From Candidatus Nanohalarchaeota archaeon (GTDB lineage Archaea; Nanohalarchaeota; Nanosalinia; Nanosalinales; JAFCCC01): DNA of 64,000 bases. The position numbers were made by a program, and so were the translations under genes. This document shows positions 29,201-37,916 of this stretch, one piece after another. Under the pieces are notes generated by a model. It was given only the letters and a program-made list of their open reading frames with translations. It ran no database searches and was not told where the DNA came from. How positions within the stretch are numbered: the first letter of the stretch is position 1; the number at the start of each line of letters is the position of its first letter. The stretch is from positions 2,863-66,862 of the forward strand of contig JAFCCC010000004.1 in NCBI GenBank assembly GCA_017610385.1. The letters are read 5' to 3'.

Positions 29201-29926
29201 CAGCTTCCAAATTTTTTACATTGGGTTCCTTTAACAACTAGACAACAAAATCCAGAAGGCAAAGGAAAAGTTTCAATGTTAGATCTTTTAGTTAATTCTT
29301 TAAGAATGAGACCAGATAGAATAATTGTTGGAGAAATACGAAGAAAGAGGCAGGCAGAGGTTTTATTTGAAGCTATGCACACAGGACATTCTGTTTATTC
29401 TACCCTCCATGCAGATACTGCACAACAAACGATTAGGCGATTAATAAATCCTCCAATTGATGTTCCAGTATCTATGATTTCGGCAATAGATTTAAATGTT
29501 GTAATGTTTCGAGATAGACGAAGAAACTTTCGAAGAGTTATGGAGGTAGCCGAAGTTATTCCAGAGTTTCAGGGAGCTAATTCCGAAGCCAATGCTAATA
29601 TAATTTATCGCTGGCATCCCAAATCAGATGTAATACGAAAAGAAGGCAGAAGCATTAGAGTAAATAGTCAATTAGAATTGCATGCTGGGCTAAGTCAAGA
29701 AGAAATACGAGCCGACATCGCAGAAAAAGTCAAAATTCTAAATTGGATGGTCAAAGAAAATATTAGAGATATTGAAGAAGTAGGCAAACTTATTGCAGAA
29801 TATTACAAAGATAAAACTGTCGTATTAAATTTGATTAGTAAACCATACCACTTAAAATCTACCAAGGTTCAAGTAATCAAACCAAAACGTGTGAATTCAA
29901 AAACAATAAGAAAAGCCAAAAAATAA
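26279..29926 (+). CDS. FlaI/PilB-like type IV pilus assembly ATPase interrupted by one intein
   Basis: The extein is 519 aa: ..LISGGTGSGK|TSLLNVLMPF..RIVSIEDTREIQL..MRPDRIIVGEIRRKRQAEVLFEAMHTGHSVYSTLHADT. This gives Walker A, Asp box, Walker B and His box. Confidence 0.9.
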   Translation: MKEYMEEYIVDSDGVPARIRIIDGTDYVPHYEVDRPIINEATEAILEEIKSGLVREVTISIKEYVDSKELEGVKEKFIAKANELIKSVLPRVGEAQRKVLIGNLIHEMLGLGDLEILLNDDKLEEIVINSSKEPVWVYHKKLGWLKTNIIPKSESETYNYSSIIGRRVGRQISNLNPLLDAHLPSGDRTNATIFPISTKGNTLTIRKFARSPWTITDFIENHTISADIAALIWLCMQYELNVLISGGTGSGKCVSGDTQVLLSNGELKRIKDVVDENLSSNCVPSDDGWYSKQTSVSLFSMNSNLKLNERSCSQIWKREAPEYLFELTFQSGKKIKVTPEHPFFVNDAGDIRKICAEDLTTGQRAATTRKINIKGEVYSLEEKLSNLSFFRQKEKDYVLLCSPKGLPVKFPTKLSPELAKFIAYLLGDGHLSKDGSQLAFHNTNHRLLNEFQNLGEKLFDINFHHKKPKNRVECIRCYSKTLCETISQVFCIPKGVKSHRILVPKEILGGTEEIICGFVKALMDCEGSVSLNKDEIEFGSKSSEIVNQLQYLLNRIGIISRVKFGKNNRNRLFISSRDVRIFTKKIGFTHPLKKDKLEQLLTKKLNPNFDLLPCQSLLKKVCNNFSLYDKEVALGSKLSRRSISRYLDGSRMPSPANLQRIYNFLTHKNDQIKQELERFSLVEGLIKKIPEKEALLHCTKILDLTHLNTNDILFKSGLSNSIYWQWKQEVTPYTKNLVKFGNCVVDSFENFEKNVMNAETLEDFTNCGIYKKEIAEYAELPLNQVYKKSKINKPLNHLQLDAVKLQESVLLEEVRAEAKKLKEILSSWDKKDYQAIFSEIVRLRNLLRLYPEKTKKDLGYSIPQSTESVVQYSKEKLTGISNYLRETLEQMHANGTKLLRNLENLVKSDVLWDKIVTIKQIKSTEKWVYDLTVPDTHNFVANGIIAHNTSLLNVLMPFIPANQRIVSIEDTREIQLPNFLHWVPLTTRQQNPEGKGKVSMLDLLVNSLRMRPDRIIVGEIRRKRQAEVLFEAMHTGHSVYSTLHADTAQQTIRRLINPPIDVPVSMISAIDLNVVMFRDRRRNFRRVMEVAEVIPEFQGANSEANANIIYRWHPKSDVIRKEGRSIRVNSQLELHAGLSQEEIRADIAEKVKILNWMVKENIRDIEEVGKLIAEYYKDKTVVLNLISKPYHLKSTKVQVIKPKRVNSKTIRKAKK
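27035..29122 (+). mobile_element. Intein (696 aa, LAGLIDADG type) in Walker A, at the same site as intein 1 of ORF 1585..7596
   Basis: Cys start (CVSGDTQVLL, tgt 27035..27037). Block B is KVTPEHPFF. LAGLIDADG motifs are FIAYLLGDGHL and FVKALMDCEGSV. Ends FVANGIIAHN (aat 29120..29122) + Thr. Clearly homologous along its length to 3040..5145. Confidence 0.9.
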
Positions 29927-29930
29927 ATAG

Positions 29931-30785
29931 GTGATTTTGATGAAGAAAAAATCCCAAAATTACCAAATTTTCTTACCTTTAGCACAAAAATTGAAAGTTT
30001 TATTTCCAACTTTAAATCGTGAAATTATTCAAGCAAAATTGAAAGATGATCCTGTTGTTTTATTGGCCAAGGCAATTTATAGCGCACTTATACGATCCAT
30101 AATAATCTCTTTACCTCTTATCGTGACTGGTATTTTAATTTCAATTAAACTTCTTTGGTTTGGTCTAGCTGCTTTTCCATTAGTTTTATTATTCAGTTTT
30201 TTTACTGGCGCAAAAACCCCGCAAAGAAAAGCTATAAAACGAGTTAGATTATTAGAGCGAGATTTACCATATGCTTTACGGCACATTTTAATTGAGGTTA
30301 AGTCTGGAATACCTCTTTTTCAAGCCATGGTTTCTGTTTCAGAGGGATATGGTGAATCTTCCAGAGAATTTGAACAAATTGTGAAAGAAATTCATTCGGG
30401 AATACCCGAAGTTCAGGCCCTAGAGAATGCAATTTTTCGAAATCCTTCTTTAGAATTTAGAAGATCTCTTTGGCAAATTATTAATTCTTTGGAATCAGGA
30501 GCCAATGTTTCTTCTACATTAGAATCTTTAGTTGATTCTATAGTAAATAATCAGGTTTTAAGTGTCCAAAAATACGGAAAAGAATTAAATCCATATACTT
30601 TAATTTATATGCTGGCGGCAGTAATCTTACCATCTTTGGGAGTTACATTTTTAATGATTTTATCTACCTTTACAGGAATAAAAACCTCAGACACCCTGTT
30701 TTATGGAATTCTTGTATTTTTAATTTTATTCCAATACTTTTTCATTAATTTCATTAGAAGTAAAAGACCATTAATAAAAGTTTAG
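29931..30785 (+). CDS. TadB/FlaJ-like platform protein (single T2SS-F-like domain)
   Basis: ERDLPYALRHILIEVKSGIPLFQAMVSVSEG followed by hydrophobic helices. The first ATG is at 29940 (MKKKS). Starts 5 nt after the ATPase stop. Confidence 0.65.
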   Translation: MILMKKKSQNYQIFLPLAQKLKVLFPTLNREIIQAKLKDDPVVLLAKAIYSALIRSIIISLPLIVTGILISIKLLWFGLAAFPLVLLFSFFTGAKTPQRKAIKRVRLLERDLPYALRHILIEVKSGIPLFQAMVSVSEGYGESSREFEQIVKEIHSGIPEVQALENAIFRNPSLEFRRSLWQIINSLESGANVSSTLESLVDSIVNNQVLSVQKYGKELNPYTLIYMLAAVILPSLGVTFLMILSTFTGIKTSDTLFYGILVFLILFQYFFINFIRSKRPLIKV

Positions 30786-30793
30786 GAGTTACC

Positions 30794-31759
30794 ATGCAAA
30801 AAGAAACATTATTTAATTTATTACCAAAAAAATACAGAACGCTGTTGGAGAGCGAGGCACAATTCGCGCATATTCGTAATTATATTCCGATTTCACTGAA
30901 TGTCATAACAATAATTTCAGCGATCTCTAGTTTGTTGGCGCTTTTTTTACATGTTTCTTTGATTTTAAAATTAGTTATTCTGTTAGGTGGAATCTCGTTA
31001 GCATTCATAATGCCTTACATGATTTTTACACTGACTGCAGAAAAGCGTAAAACAGAAACAGAGCAAGTTCTTCCTGATGCTTTGTTGCTTATGAGCGCAA
31101 ACATTAAATCTGGTTTAACAGTAGATAAAGCATTTTTATTAAGTGCAAGAGACGAATTTGGTCCTTTGGGTCTTGAAATCAAAGCAGTTGCAATGGAAAT
31201 TTTTGGGGGCAAACCAATCAGCGAAGCTTTACTACGTCTAAAGAAAAAAACTAACTCTAAAATTCTAGGGGAAATCGTAGCACTGATTGCAGATGGGATA
31301 AAATCTGGCGGAGAACTTTCCAAACTATTAGAAAGTGCCGCTCGAGATATTAGAAAAACAATGTTATTAAAAAAAGAGATTGCTGCAAATGTAAGAACTT
31401 ATATTATTTTTATTACGATGGCGGCCTTAGTTGGATCCCCATTGCTTTTCGCAATTTCTACATATTTAACGTCAACTACCGCCCAAATTTGGGGGTCAAC
31501 AGCGATAGATTTTAGTACAGTATCTGCTGGGGGTTTTTTTAGTTTTCAAAAACCCCACTTTAATCCAGAGTTCTTTAGAATTTTTTCTATATTAGCTATA
31601 ATTATTACTAATTTATCTGCATCCTTCATAATTTCTGAAATAAAATACGGAACAATAAAGAAAGGATTCAAAAATGCACCAATTTATGTGCTATTATCTT
31701 TAGCAATATTTTTTATTGTAAGGTTTATAATTTCTAGAGCTCTCTCAACCCTAATTTAA
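30794..31759 (+). CDS. TadC/FlaJ-like platform protein (single T2SS-F-like domain)
   Basis: VLPDALLLMSANIKSGLTVDKAFLLSARDEFGPLGLEIKAVAMEIFGGKPISEALLRL, flanked by hydrophobic helices. Confidence 0.65.
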   Translation: MQKETLFNLLPKKYRTLLESEAQFAHIRNYIPISLNVITIISAISSLLALFLHVSLILKLVILLGGISLAFIMPYMIFTLTAEKRKTETEQVLPDALLLMSANIKSGLTVDKAFLLSARDEFGPLGLEIKAVAMEIFGGKPISEALLRLKKKTNSKILGEIVALIADGIKSGGELSKLLESAARDIRKTMLLKKEIAANVRTYIIFITMAALVGSPLLFAISTYLTSTTAQIWGSTAIDFSTVSAGGFFSFQKPHFNPEFFRIFSILAIIITNLSASFIISEIKYGTIKKGFKNAPIYVLLSLAIFFIVRFIISRALSTLI

Positions 31760-31831
31760 TTATTAAGGTGTTTCAGAAGCAATTTATATATACTTCTTTA
31801 ACCAATTTTTAATAAAATACAAATTGTCGAG

Positions 31832-32311
31832 TTGACTAAAATGATAAAAAACGTTTTTAACCAAAAATCAAAGAGAAAGGGGCAAAGCGCTATAGAATAC
31901 CTAACAACATATGGCTGGGCAATATTGGCTATTGTTATTGCAGGAGCAGTTATTATCGCTTTTATGCAGGGCCGATGTCCAAAGACTCAAACATTGACTC
32001 CACAAGACATTCAACTTACAAGCTGGGTTTATACGGCAACAGACGCAATTGATGTCAGATTCACTAACTTAGCTTCAGATAGAATTACTGTTCAAGGTAT
32101 TTTCTTAGATACCAATGGAGATGGGACCTACGATGATTTCGGTACCAATTACTCAGATTCCTTGAATGTCGGAGATTCTTTGACTAAATCTTTAAGTTCA
32201 ATTGGAACAACCAGCGGTTGTAACAAAATAAGCATAAAGATTCAGTATTTGTTAACAGGTATGAATAATCCCGCTAACGCAACTGGAACTTTACAAGGAA
32301 AAGCTCCTTAA
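31832..32311 (+). CDS. Archaeal type IV pilin (Epd/DUF361-like); major-pilin candidate of locus B
   Basis: ..QKSKRKG|QSAIEYLTTYGWAILAIVIAGAVIIAF: Gly-1, Gln+1, Glu+5, then a hydrophobic helix. The first ATG is at 31841. Confidence 0.8.
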   Translation: MTKMIKNVFNQKSKRKGQSAIEYLTTYGWAILAIVIAGAVIIAFMQGRCPKTQTLTPQDIQLTSWVYTATDAIDVRFTNLASDRITVQGIFLDTNGDGTYDDFGTNYSDSLNVGDSLTKSLSSIGTTSGCNKISIKIQYLLTGMNNPANATGTLQGKAP

Positions 32312-32345
32312 GAAGGTTTAACCCCTTCTTATATTTTTTATTTTA
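32310..32345 (+). terminator. Hairpin plus T-rich tract after the pilin gene
   Basis: AAGAAGG(32310..32316)-tttaacc-CCTTCTT(32324..32330), followed by atattttttattttatttt. Sits between convergent genes. Confidence 0.4.
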
Positions 32346-32522
32346 TTTTGATTTGTTCTAAACAACAAATCAGATTCTACCTATTATGGTTAATTCAATA
32401 ATCAATAAATTAGATTTTAACTGCTACAATTAATTTCATAATCAATAAGTCGAATTCAAAGCGTATTGCAGGTAACCTCCTTCATTCATCAAGTCAAATT
32501 CTAATCACTATTAAATTTTTGA

Positions 32523-33764
32523 TTAATAGGTTAAAGAAGAAATATTCCACAAATCTATGTGTATTTGATCTAATTTGAACCAAGACTCGACATTAGAAAC
32601 ACCCATTATCCTATGTGTTGTTCCATACGCGGAATCATTCCAATAAACAAAATCTAAAGCACTACTTGATTTTTGTAAGTCTACTGGAAGTTCTAAAATA
32701 TTTATAAAATGACCTATCCCTTCATGAGACCCAACTAATTTATTTTCAAACCGATCAAAAAAATTAGGGCCATCTGATGTATAAAAATAACAGTTTTCTA
32801 TGAGTTCATTATAAATGTTATTTATCCAGACATTATTTCCTACTAGAACCACCGTTAAATTAGCTTTTAATGTGTTATCTAATACAAAAACACCCGAAAT
32901 CGCGTTACTGAGAACCAATCCTTTGTTACACGGATTAGAAACATTAAAACTTGTTTGAGAGACAACGCCCAGGTAATCCTCCAAATAGCCTAGTTCAAAA
33001 TCAGAATAACTGCAGATATCCTTTACAAAGGCAATTTTAGTTTCTCTATTCGTAGTTGTACTAACGGGTTCATTATTCAAAAATAATGCCGCCGTGCCAG
33101 AAGTCCAATTAGAACTTGAATATTTATTAGAATTGCCAGTTCCACTTTGTTTGGCTCTAAAAGAATAAGAACATTGCGTATATGCAGAAGTCCTTTTTCC
33201 TTCTGTTCTTAAAAAAAACAAAGGATCTTCAATTTCAGATATATTTATTAAGGAATTTATTGATTCAAGGGGATTAAAAGAGGATTTAGATCGCGGGTCT
33301 GATAGATTTATGCTATTTAAATAGTTTAAAGAAATATATGGAAATATTGAAGAATTTGCTATAAGTCTAATTAGAGTAATGTCTAATGAATATCCTGATA
33401 TTTGCGCCAGGGTTTGAATTTTTTCTTTCCAGTCTTGTATGGAAGAATCTTCCATTATCGTAGATTGAGAGCCATTTAATGTGCCCTCTTGTATTAATTC
33501 AATTAAATCTGTTTTTGGTTCTGACAAAGCAGAGCCAGAACTTACAACCGCATTTGAAAGTGCAACTGCTGCTCGTTTTGTAGAGATATCATAAGCACGA
33601 ATCATATCTTGTTCAATACTTTTTAAAAAATAATCTGTTTCATCTGTTCTAATTTTTTGACCGCGTCCACGATATGTTCTTAAATTTAGCGGAAGAACTA
33701 TTAAAATAATTAACATAGAAATTACAAATAAAACAAAAAATGTATACACAAATCCCTTTCTCAC
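32523..33764 (-). CDS. Pilin-like protein (class III signal)
   Basis: I place the start at GTG 33764..33762, which forms a GTGA overlap with the upstream TGA and is preceded by GGAGGTG. This gives (M)RKG|FVYTFFVLFVISMLIILIVLPL. The track's longer N-terminus lies inside the upstream gene. Confidence 0.6.
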   Translation of the reverse strand: MRKGFVYTFFVLFVISMLIILIVLPLNLRTYRGRGQKIRTDETDYFLKSIEQDMIRAYDISTKRAAVALSNAVVSSGSALSEPKTDLIELIQEGTLNGSQSTIMEDSSIQDWKEKIQTLAQISGYSLDITLIRLIANSSIFPYISLNYLNSINLSDPRSKSSFNPLESINSLINISEIEDPLFFLRTEGKRTSAYTQCSYSFRAKQSGTGNSNKYSSSNWTSGTAALFLNNEPVSTTTNRETKIAFVKDICSYSDFELGYLEDYLGVVSQTSFNVSNPCNKGLVLSNAISGVFVLDNTLKANLTVVLVGNNVWINNIYNELIENCYFYTSDGPNFFDRFENKLVGSHEGIGHFINILELPVDLQKSSSALDFVYWNDSAYGTTHRIMGVSNVESWFKLDQIHIDLWNISSLTY

Positions 33765-36532
33765 CCCCACACCTCCAATCTTATTTCTGCAGGGCCCCAC
33801 ATCCACGGAATTTTTCCAATTGCAATACTGTCTGTTTTAATATTTGATGAACTTAGTTTTACATCAATTATGCTATTATTATCTGTATCTAAAGAGGATA
33901 TAAGTCTTTGAACCGCATCATCCAAGGAATCATTGTTTGGATCCCAGATATCCTCGTAGTTGCCCACCTGAATTGTAAAATTGCCAAGTTCAGATTCAAA
34001 TATTCGCGTGCTTCCTTCTGCCCGTTCAAATGCATTTCCATATGGAACATAACCTTTAATCAATAATGTGTAAATTACCTTATCATCTGGAGACCCGCCT
34101 TGTGTTGTGTCCTTTTCCGTGGCCGTATCTACTTGAATTTCGTTTTCCCCAGAAACAAGAGTATTTACTGGAATTTGAATTACAAAAGGATCCCCCAAAA
34201 TTTGATAATTCTCTCCAAAGTCCCACAATTTGTATGTATAATTGTATTCTTGCGTTGTTTGATTTTTAACTAATATTCTATCTGTCCAAAAATTAGAAGA
34301 ATAAGACGTAACCATAAGTTCTTTTACCTCTGTATTATTTGGAAGAGTAAATGAAAAATTCTTAGGCGATTCAATTATGCCCCCAAATTTTTCGGTTTCC
34401 TGTGTCAATGAAATTTCACCGAAGCCCGAAGAACTATACGAAGTATAATTGAATTTAAGATACGAATCTGAATATAATACATTGTTTGTTGAGAAATTAC
34501 CAGAAAATTCAATTGTCTGCGCAGAATAACTCGCATCTTTTATGCTTGTACCAATATTTTGATAAATTTCAGCTAATTGTTCCACATTTGAGGCATTATA
34601 GTACATAGAATCGTTGCACGCCATTGCTTTTAACGTAGTTTCATCTGCGTCCGCACCAAATCCTATTGTATATACTGAAATATTTTGATCACATGCTGCC
34701 TGTGCTGCCAAAATAGCATCTTGTTTTGAATTTCCACTTCCTTGTTCAGCGCAGGCTTTATTGGCTTCTCCATCACTCATAAGCACAATGCCTCTAAATT
34801 TGGTTTCATCGCTTTGTTCTTTTAACATTTCTATAGCTTTATTAACTCCACAACAAGTGCAAGTGCCCCACCAGGTTTCAGTAGAATCTACTGCTGCCTG
34901 AAGTGTTAAATTGTTCTCTGTTAAATTCACTGTTCGAGCAATGCTGTCTGAAAATGGAATTACACAACCAGGATTATATGAATTCCATCCACAAGAATTT
35001 GGATACTCACAAACATAACAGTAATACCAACTCCACATTTGAGCACAGCCGCCATAATCATTTGTATAATCTACCATACCCATTTGATTTCCAGAATTAT
35101 TCAAAATGCTATTAACAAATATTTTTCCAGCAGCTTTTGCGACATCAATTTTCTTTTCACAACCAGTTACGCCCCATCTTTGACCTCGTAAATGATCAGA
35201 ATCATCATACCAATCAGTGCATTGTTGAGATCCTGTTTGTCCGTTTGTGCACCATTCCATACTTCCGGATACGTCTGTAACCAAAATTACATCCGCGCCT
35301 ATTCTTTCAATTGACGAAGAAATATTCTTAAATCCAACTCTTATAGGAATAGTATTGCCGCTTAAAACATTAATTGAAATATTGTCTTGAGTTAAATTTC
35401 CTATGATTTGATCATTATTTAAATAAATAGTCTCATTAACTCCAGACGCATTTTTTTCAAAGATGGTTGCATTACCTATTGACATAAAAGTAGTATAATT
35501 TGATTTATAGTGCAAATATGCTTCAATTGAATTTAAGGTTCCTGGTACATAAAACGAAGAAAATAAATTAATTACCCCTTTAATTCCAGGCAATTTAGCA
35601 TACTTGATTTTATACGATGTTTCTTCCAAACTAATATTTTGAGTGGAATTATACTTAATTTTAATTAAACCGCCGCCAATGTATGCTGGAAAGTTTTCAA
35701 ATTTAAATTCAATTAAATTCTGATCAGAAAAGTAATTGCAATAATCTGGATTAAATGTTTCATTACAAATTAGAAAATCACTAGAAGATAAATTACCTTC
35801 TATAGGAATAAAGGCTCCTGCAAAATTGTTATTAATATAAACTTTAAAGGGGTTCGACGCATCAAGTTCTATTTGTGCCTCAAAAACATTATTCATATTT
35901 TCTAGACTTAAATTCTGTGTTATATTTCCATCGCCCACGTAACCACCAAAATATCCAAACTTTGTGTCCATCTTATTTACTTCTGTTAAAGAAACCTTTG
36001 CAACATAGCCAGTTCTGGGAACTGACCGTTTTACTCCAGAAATTAAGCGTCTTGCTACAGTAATCTTACTTTCATTATCTACTTCTGAACTAGTATATAT
36101 TACAGTTTGTCCGTCTTCGTCTGAAATAAGTACGCGATAATTCGTGTTTGAAGGCATTAGTTGTTCCAAATAGAGTTGAGTTAGGTTTTGTGCTAAAGTA
36201 GCATTTCCAGCAGCCCACAAAATTGCCAGCGAATCTATAATAGATAAATTTAGATCATTTTCAGTTAATACAGAATTATTGATAAAACAATCAGTCTGTG
36301 ATTTTGTAAATGCCTCTGAAATTTTTTGATACGTCATTAATTGCAAAGCATCTTCTCCAAGCGAGTTCAGTTCTGTGTATTTATTTATTTCTTTTTCTAT
36401 TGGATTGCTGGTTAATTCAAAGTTAGTTAATAAAATCATAATTCCTATAACAAATGCCAGTGCAATCATCGCATCAAATGAGAAATAGAATCCCTTTGAT
36501 TTTATTTCGAATTTCCTAGTTTTTATTTCCAC
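33761..36532 (-). CDS. Large pilin-like protein with a von Willebrand factor A domain
   Basis: MEIKTRKFEIKSKG|FYFSFDAMIALAFVIGIMILL. vWA/MIDAS wording ADVILVTDVSGSMEW (nt ~35299..35258), ..GIVLMSDGEAN.., ..VYTIGFGADAD... Many N-x-S/T sequons. Confidence 0.75.
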   Translation of the reverse strand: MEIKTRKFEIKSKGFYFSFDAMIALAFVIGIMILLTNFELTSNPIEKEINKYTELNSLGEDALQLMTYQKISEAFTKSQTDCFINNSVLTENDLNLSIIDSLAILWAAGNATLAQNLTQLYLEQLMPSNTNYRVLISDEDGQTVIYTSSEVDNESKITVARRLISGVKRSVPRTGYVAKVSLTEVNKMDTKFGYFGGYVGDGNITQNLSLENMNNVFEAQIELDASNPFKVYINNNFAGAFIPIEGNLSSSDFLICNETFNPDYCNYFSDQNLIEFKFENFPAYIGGGLIKIKYNSTQNISLEETSYKIKYAKLPGIKGVINLFSSFYVPGTLNSIEAYLHYKSNYTTFMSIGNATIFEKNASGVNETIYLNNDQIIGNLTQDNISINVLSGNTIPIRVGFKNISSSIERIGADVILVTDVSGSMEWCTNGQTGSQQCTDWYDDSDHLRGQRWGVTGCEKKIDVAKAAGKIFVNSILNNSGNQMGMVDYTNDYGGCAQMWSWYYCYVCEYPNSCGWNSYNPGCVIPFSDSIARTVNLTENNLTLQAAVDSTETWWGTCTCCGVNKAIEMLKEQSDETKFRGIVLMSDGEANKACAEQGSGNSKQDAILAAQAACDQNISVYTIGFGADADETTLKAMACNDSMYYNASNVEQLAEIYQNIGTSIKDASYSAQTIEFSGNFSTNNVLYSDSYLKFNYTSYSSSGFGEISLTQETEKFGGIIESPKNFSFTLPNNTEVKELMVTSYSSNFWTDRILVKNQTTQEYNYTYKLWDFGENYQILGDPFVIQIPVNTLVSGENEIQVDTATEKDTTQGGSPDDKVIYTLLIKGYVPYGNAFERAEGSTRIFESELGNFTIQVGNYEDIWDPNNDSLDDAVQRLISSLDTDNNSIIDVKLSSSNIKTDSIAIGKIPWMWGPAEIRLEVWG

Positions 36533-37011
36533 AGGTATAATTTTAATACACCTCTTTCTAGTTTATTAGAATCATTTAACAAAATTATTCTGCTTTGAGC
36601 TAAAACCATGCTCGAATTTATGTTCCATAAACTTCCTAGAACAAATGAGTTATTTGTGGTAGTAATATTCAATAGAAGATTATAATCTCTAATTCTCAGT
36701 TTATCTTTTATTTGAGTTATATTCATTGAAAGAAGTTGATTTAATTTAGATAACTGAAGAATATGATCTTTTGAGGATAAACCAATAATTCTAACATTTT
36801 CTTCTGTCCAATTTTCTGGATAACCTGGTGTTCTAATCATTAAATCCGTTATTTGAAATAATCTTTCTTTCATCAAATTTTGTTCGCTAAAATAGGAACT
36901 TTTGTCATATGTTCTATTCCAAAGGTAAAAGCATATCGTGACTAAAAACATGAAAATAATAAGGCTAATTACAACGTCCAAAGAAAAAACCTGAGCTTTT
37001 TTAGTTCGCAT
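36523..37011 (-). CDS. Pilin-like protein (class III signal)
   Basis: MRTKKAQ|VFSLDVVISLIIFMFLVTICF. 10-nt overlap with the downstream gene. Confidence 0.6.
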   Translation of the reverse strand: MRTKKAQVFSLDVVISLIIFMFLVTICFYLWNRTYDKSSYFSEQNLMKERLFQITDLMIRTPGYPENWTEENVRIIGLSSKDHILQLSKLNQLLSMNITQIKDKLRIRDYNLLLNITTTNNSFVLGSLWNINSSMVLAQSRIILLNDSNKLERGVLKLYLWK

Positions 37012-37432
37012 AAATCATTCCTCTTGTATTTCTAAGTATATTTGAACCAGGATTAAGTGATCCAGACAGATTGGCTATGGTATATCCTATTGAATAACGG
37101 TTATCATAATAAACATAGATCAACGTGAAATTATCACTAGTCTCGTAAGATACATTATACTCATAAACTGAAATTTTATATGGCAGTTCAAACTCTTTTG
37201 TAAAGTTTTCCCCATGTGTAAGCGCCAAGTTTACTTCATAACCAATGTATTCTGCAAGCATTTTGGCTTCTAAGTCAGTATTGTACTTTATAGCATTCAT
37301 TTGTTTGTGTAGTAATGCACTATAAAAACCCGCAAAGATTAATAGGGTCAAAGAAACCATTATTATAAATTCCAATGAAACCTGCCCTTTCTTAGCCTGA
37401 AATCTTAACATAATTTTCCACCGCCCTAACAA
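37001..37432 (-). CDS. Pilin-like protein (Epd/DUF361-like signal)
   Basis: ..MLRFQAKKG|QVSLEFIIMVSLTLLIFAGF (Gln+1, Glu+5). The internal Met at 37411 may be the true start. Confidence 0.7.
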   Translation of the reverse strand: MLGRWKIMLRFQAKKGQVSLEFIIMVSLTLLIFAGFYSALLHKQMNAIKYNTDLEAKMLAEYIGYEVNLALTHGENFTKEFELPYKISVYEYNVSYETSDNFTLIYVYYDNRYSIGYTIANLSGSLNPGSNILRNTRGMIYAN

Positions 37433-37823
37433 TAATCTTGTGCGTTCCCGGAGTTATTGGAATACTTCCGGTTACATTAAAATCAACAATTTCATAAACA
37501 GGTATTAGTCCTTTATGCGAGTTCAAATTAATTGAAATTTCTCTTCCATTAATTGTTGTGGCATTAATTCCTGCCGGAAAAGTTACTTGAATTGACGTTC
37601 TAGCGGGTTCTCCTTGAGAATAAACAAGCTCTACAGCTTCTCGAATTGCACTTAACGCGTTTTTTGCTATTGCCGATCTCGAAACCAAAGTTAAATCCAC
37701 TGATGAATTCTGAGTACTGAAGATAATTGGAGCTGCTAAAAGTAACGCAAACGCTATAATTACTAAGTATTCTAAAGCAATTTGTCCTTTTATTTTATTT
37801 CCTAAAAAAGAGATCATACACAT
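37392..37823 (-). CDS. Pilin-like protein (Epd/DUF361-like signal)
   Basis: ..GNKIKG|QIALEYLVIIAFALLLAAPIIF (Gln+1, Glu+5). First gene of the minus-strand pilin operon. Confidence 0.7.
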   Translation of the reverse strand: MCMISFLGNKIKGQIALEYLVIIAFALLLAAPIIFSTQNSSVDLTLVSRSAIAKNALSAIREAVELVYSQGEPARTSIQVTFPAGINATTINGREISINLNSHKGLIPVYEIVDFNVTGSIPITPGTHKIIVRAVENYVKISG

Positions 37824-37916
37824 AATTTATCTTTAATTGTTTAAATGTCTAAATTCATACAGAGTTATGTGTTTTTTAAGAGCACAAATTTAAACTTAAT
37901 TATAAAACCTACTTTT

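Noticed and set aside
26279-32311. Archaellum (fla/arl) operon
   Set aside because: There are no archaellin-type genes with FlaC-H/ArlC-H accessory genes and no KaiC-like FlaH. The pilin signal (G|Q..E) fits adhesive Epd-type pili better.
30077-36063. Short ORFs 30077..30286, 31015..31323, 34066..34269, 34903..35115, 35875..36063
   Set aside because: They lie opposite the platform and vWA-pilin genes and are compositional artefacts.
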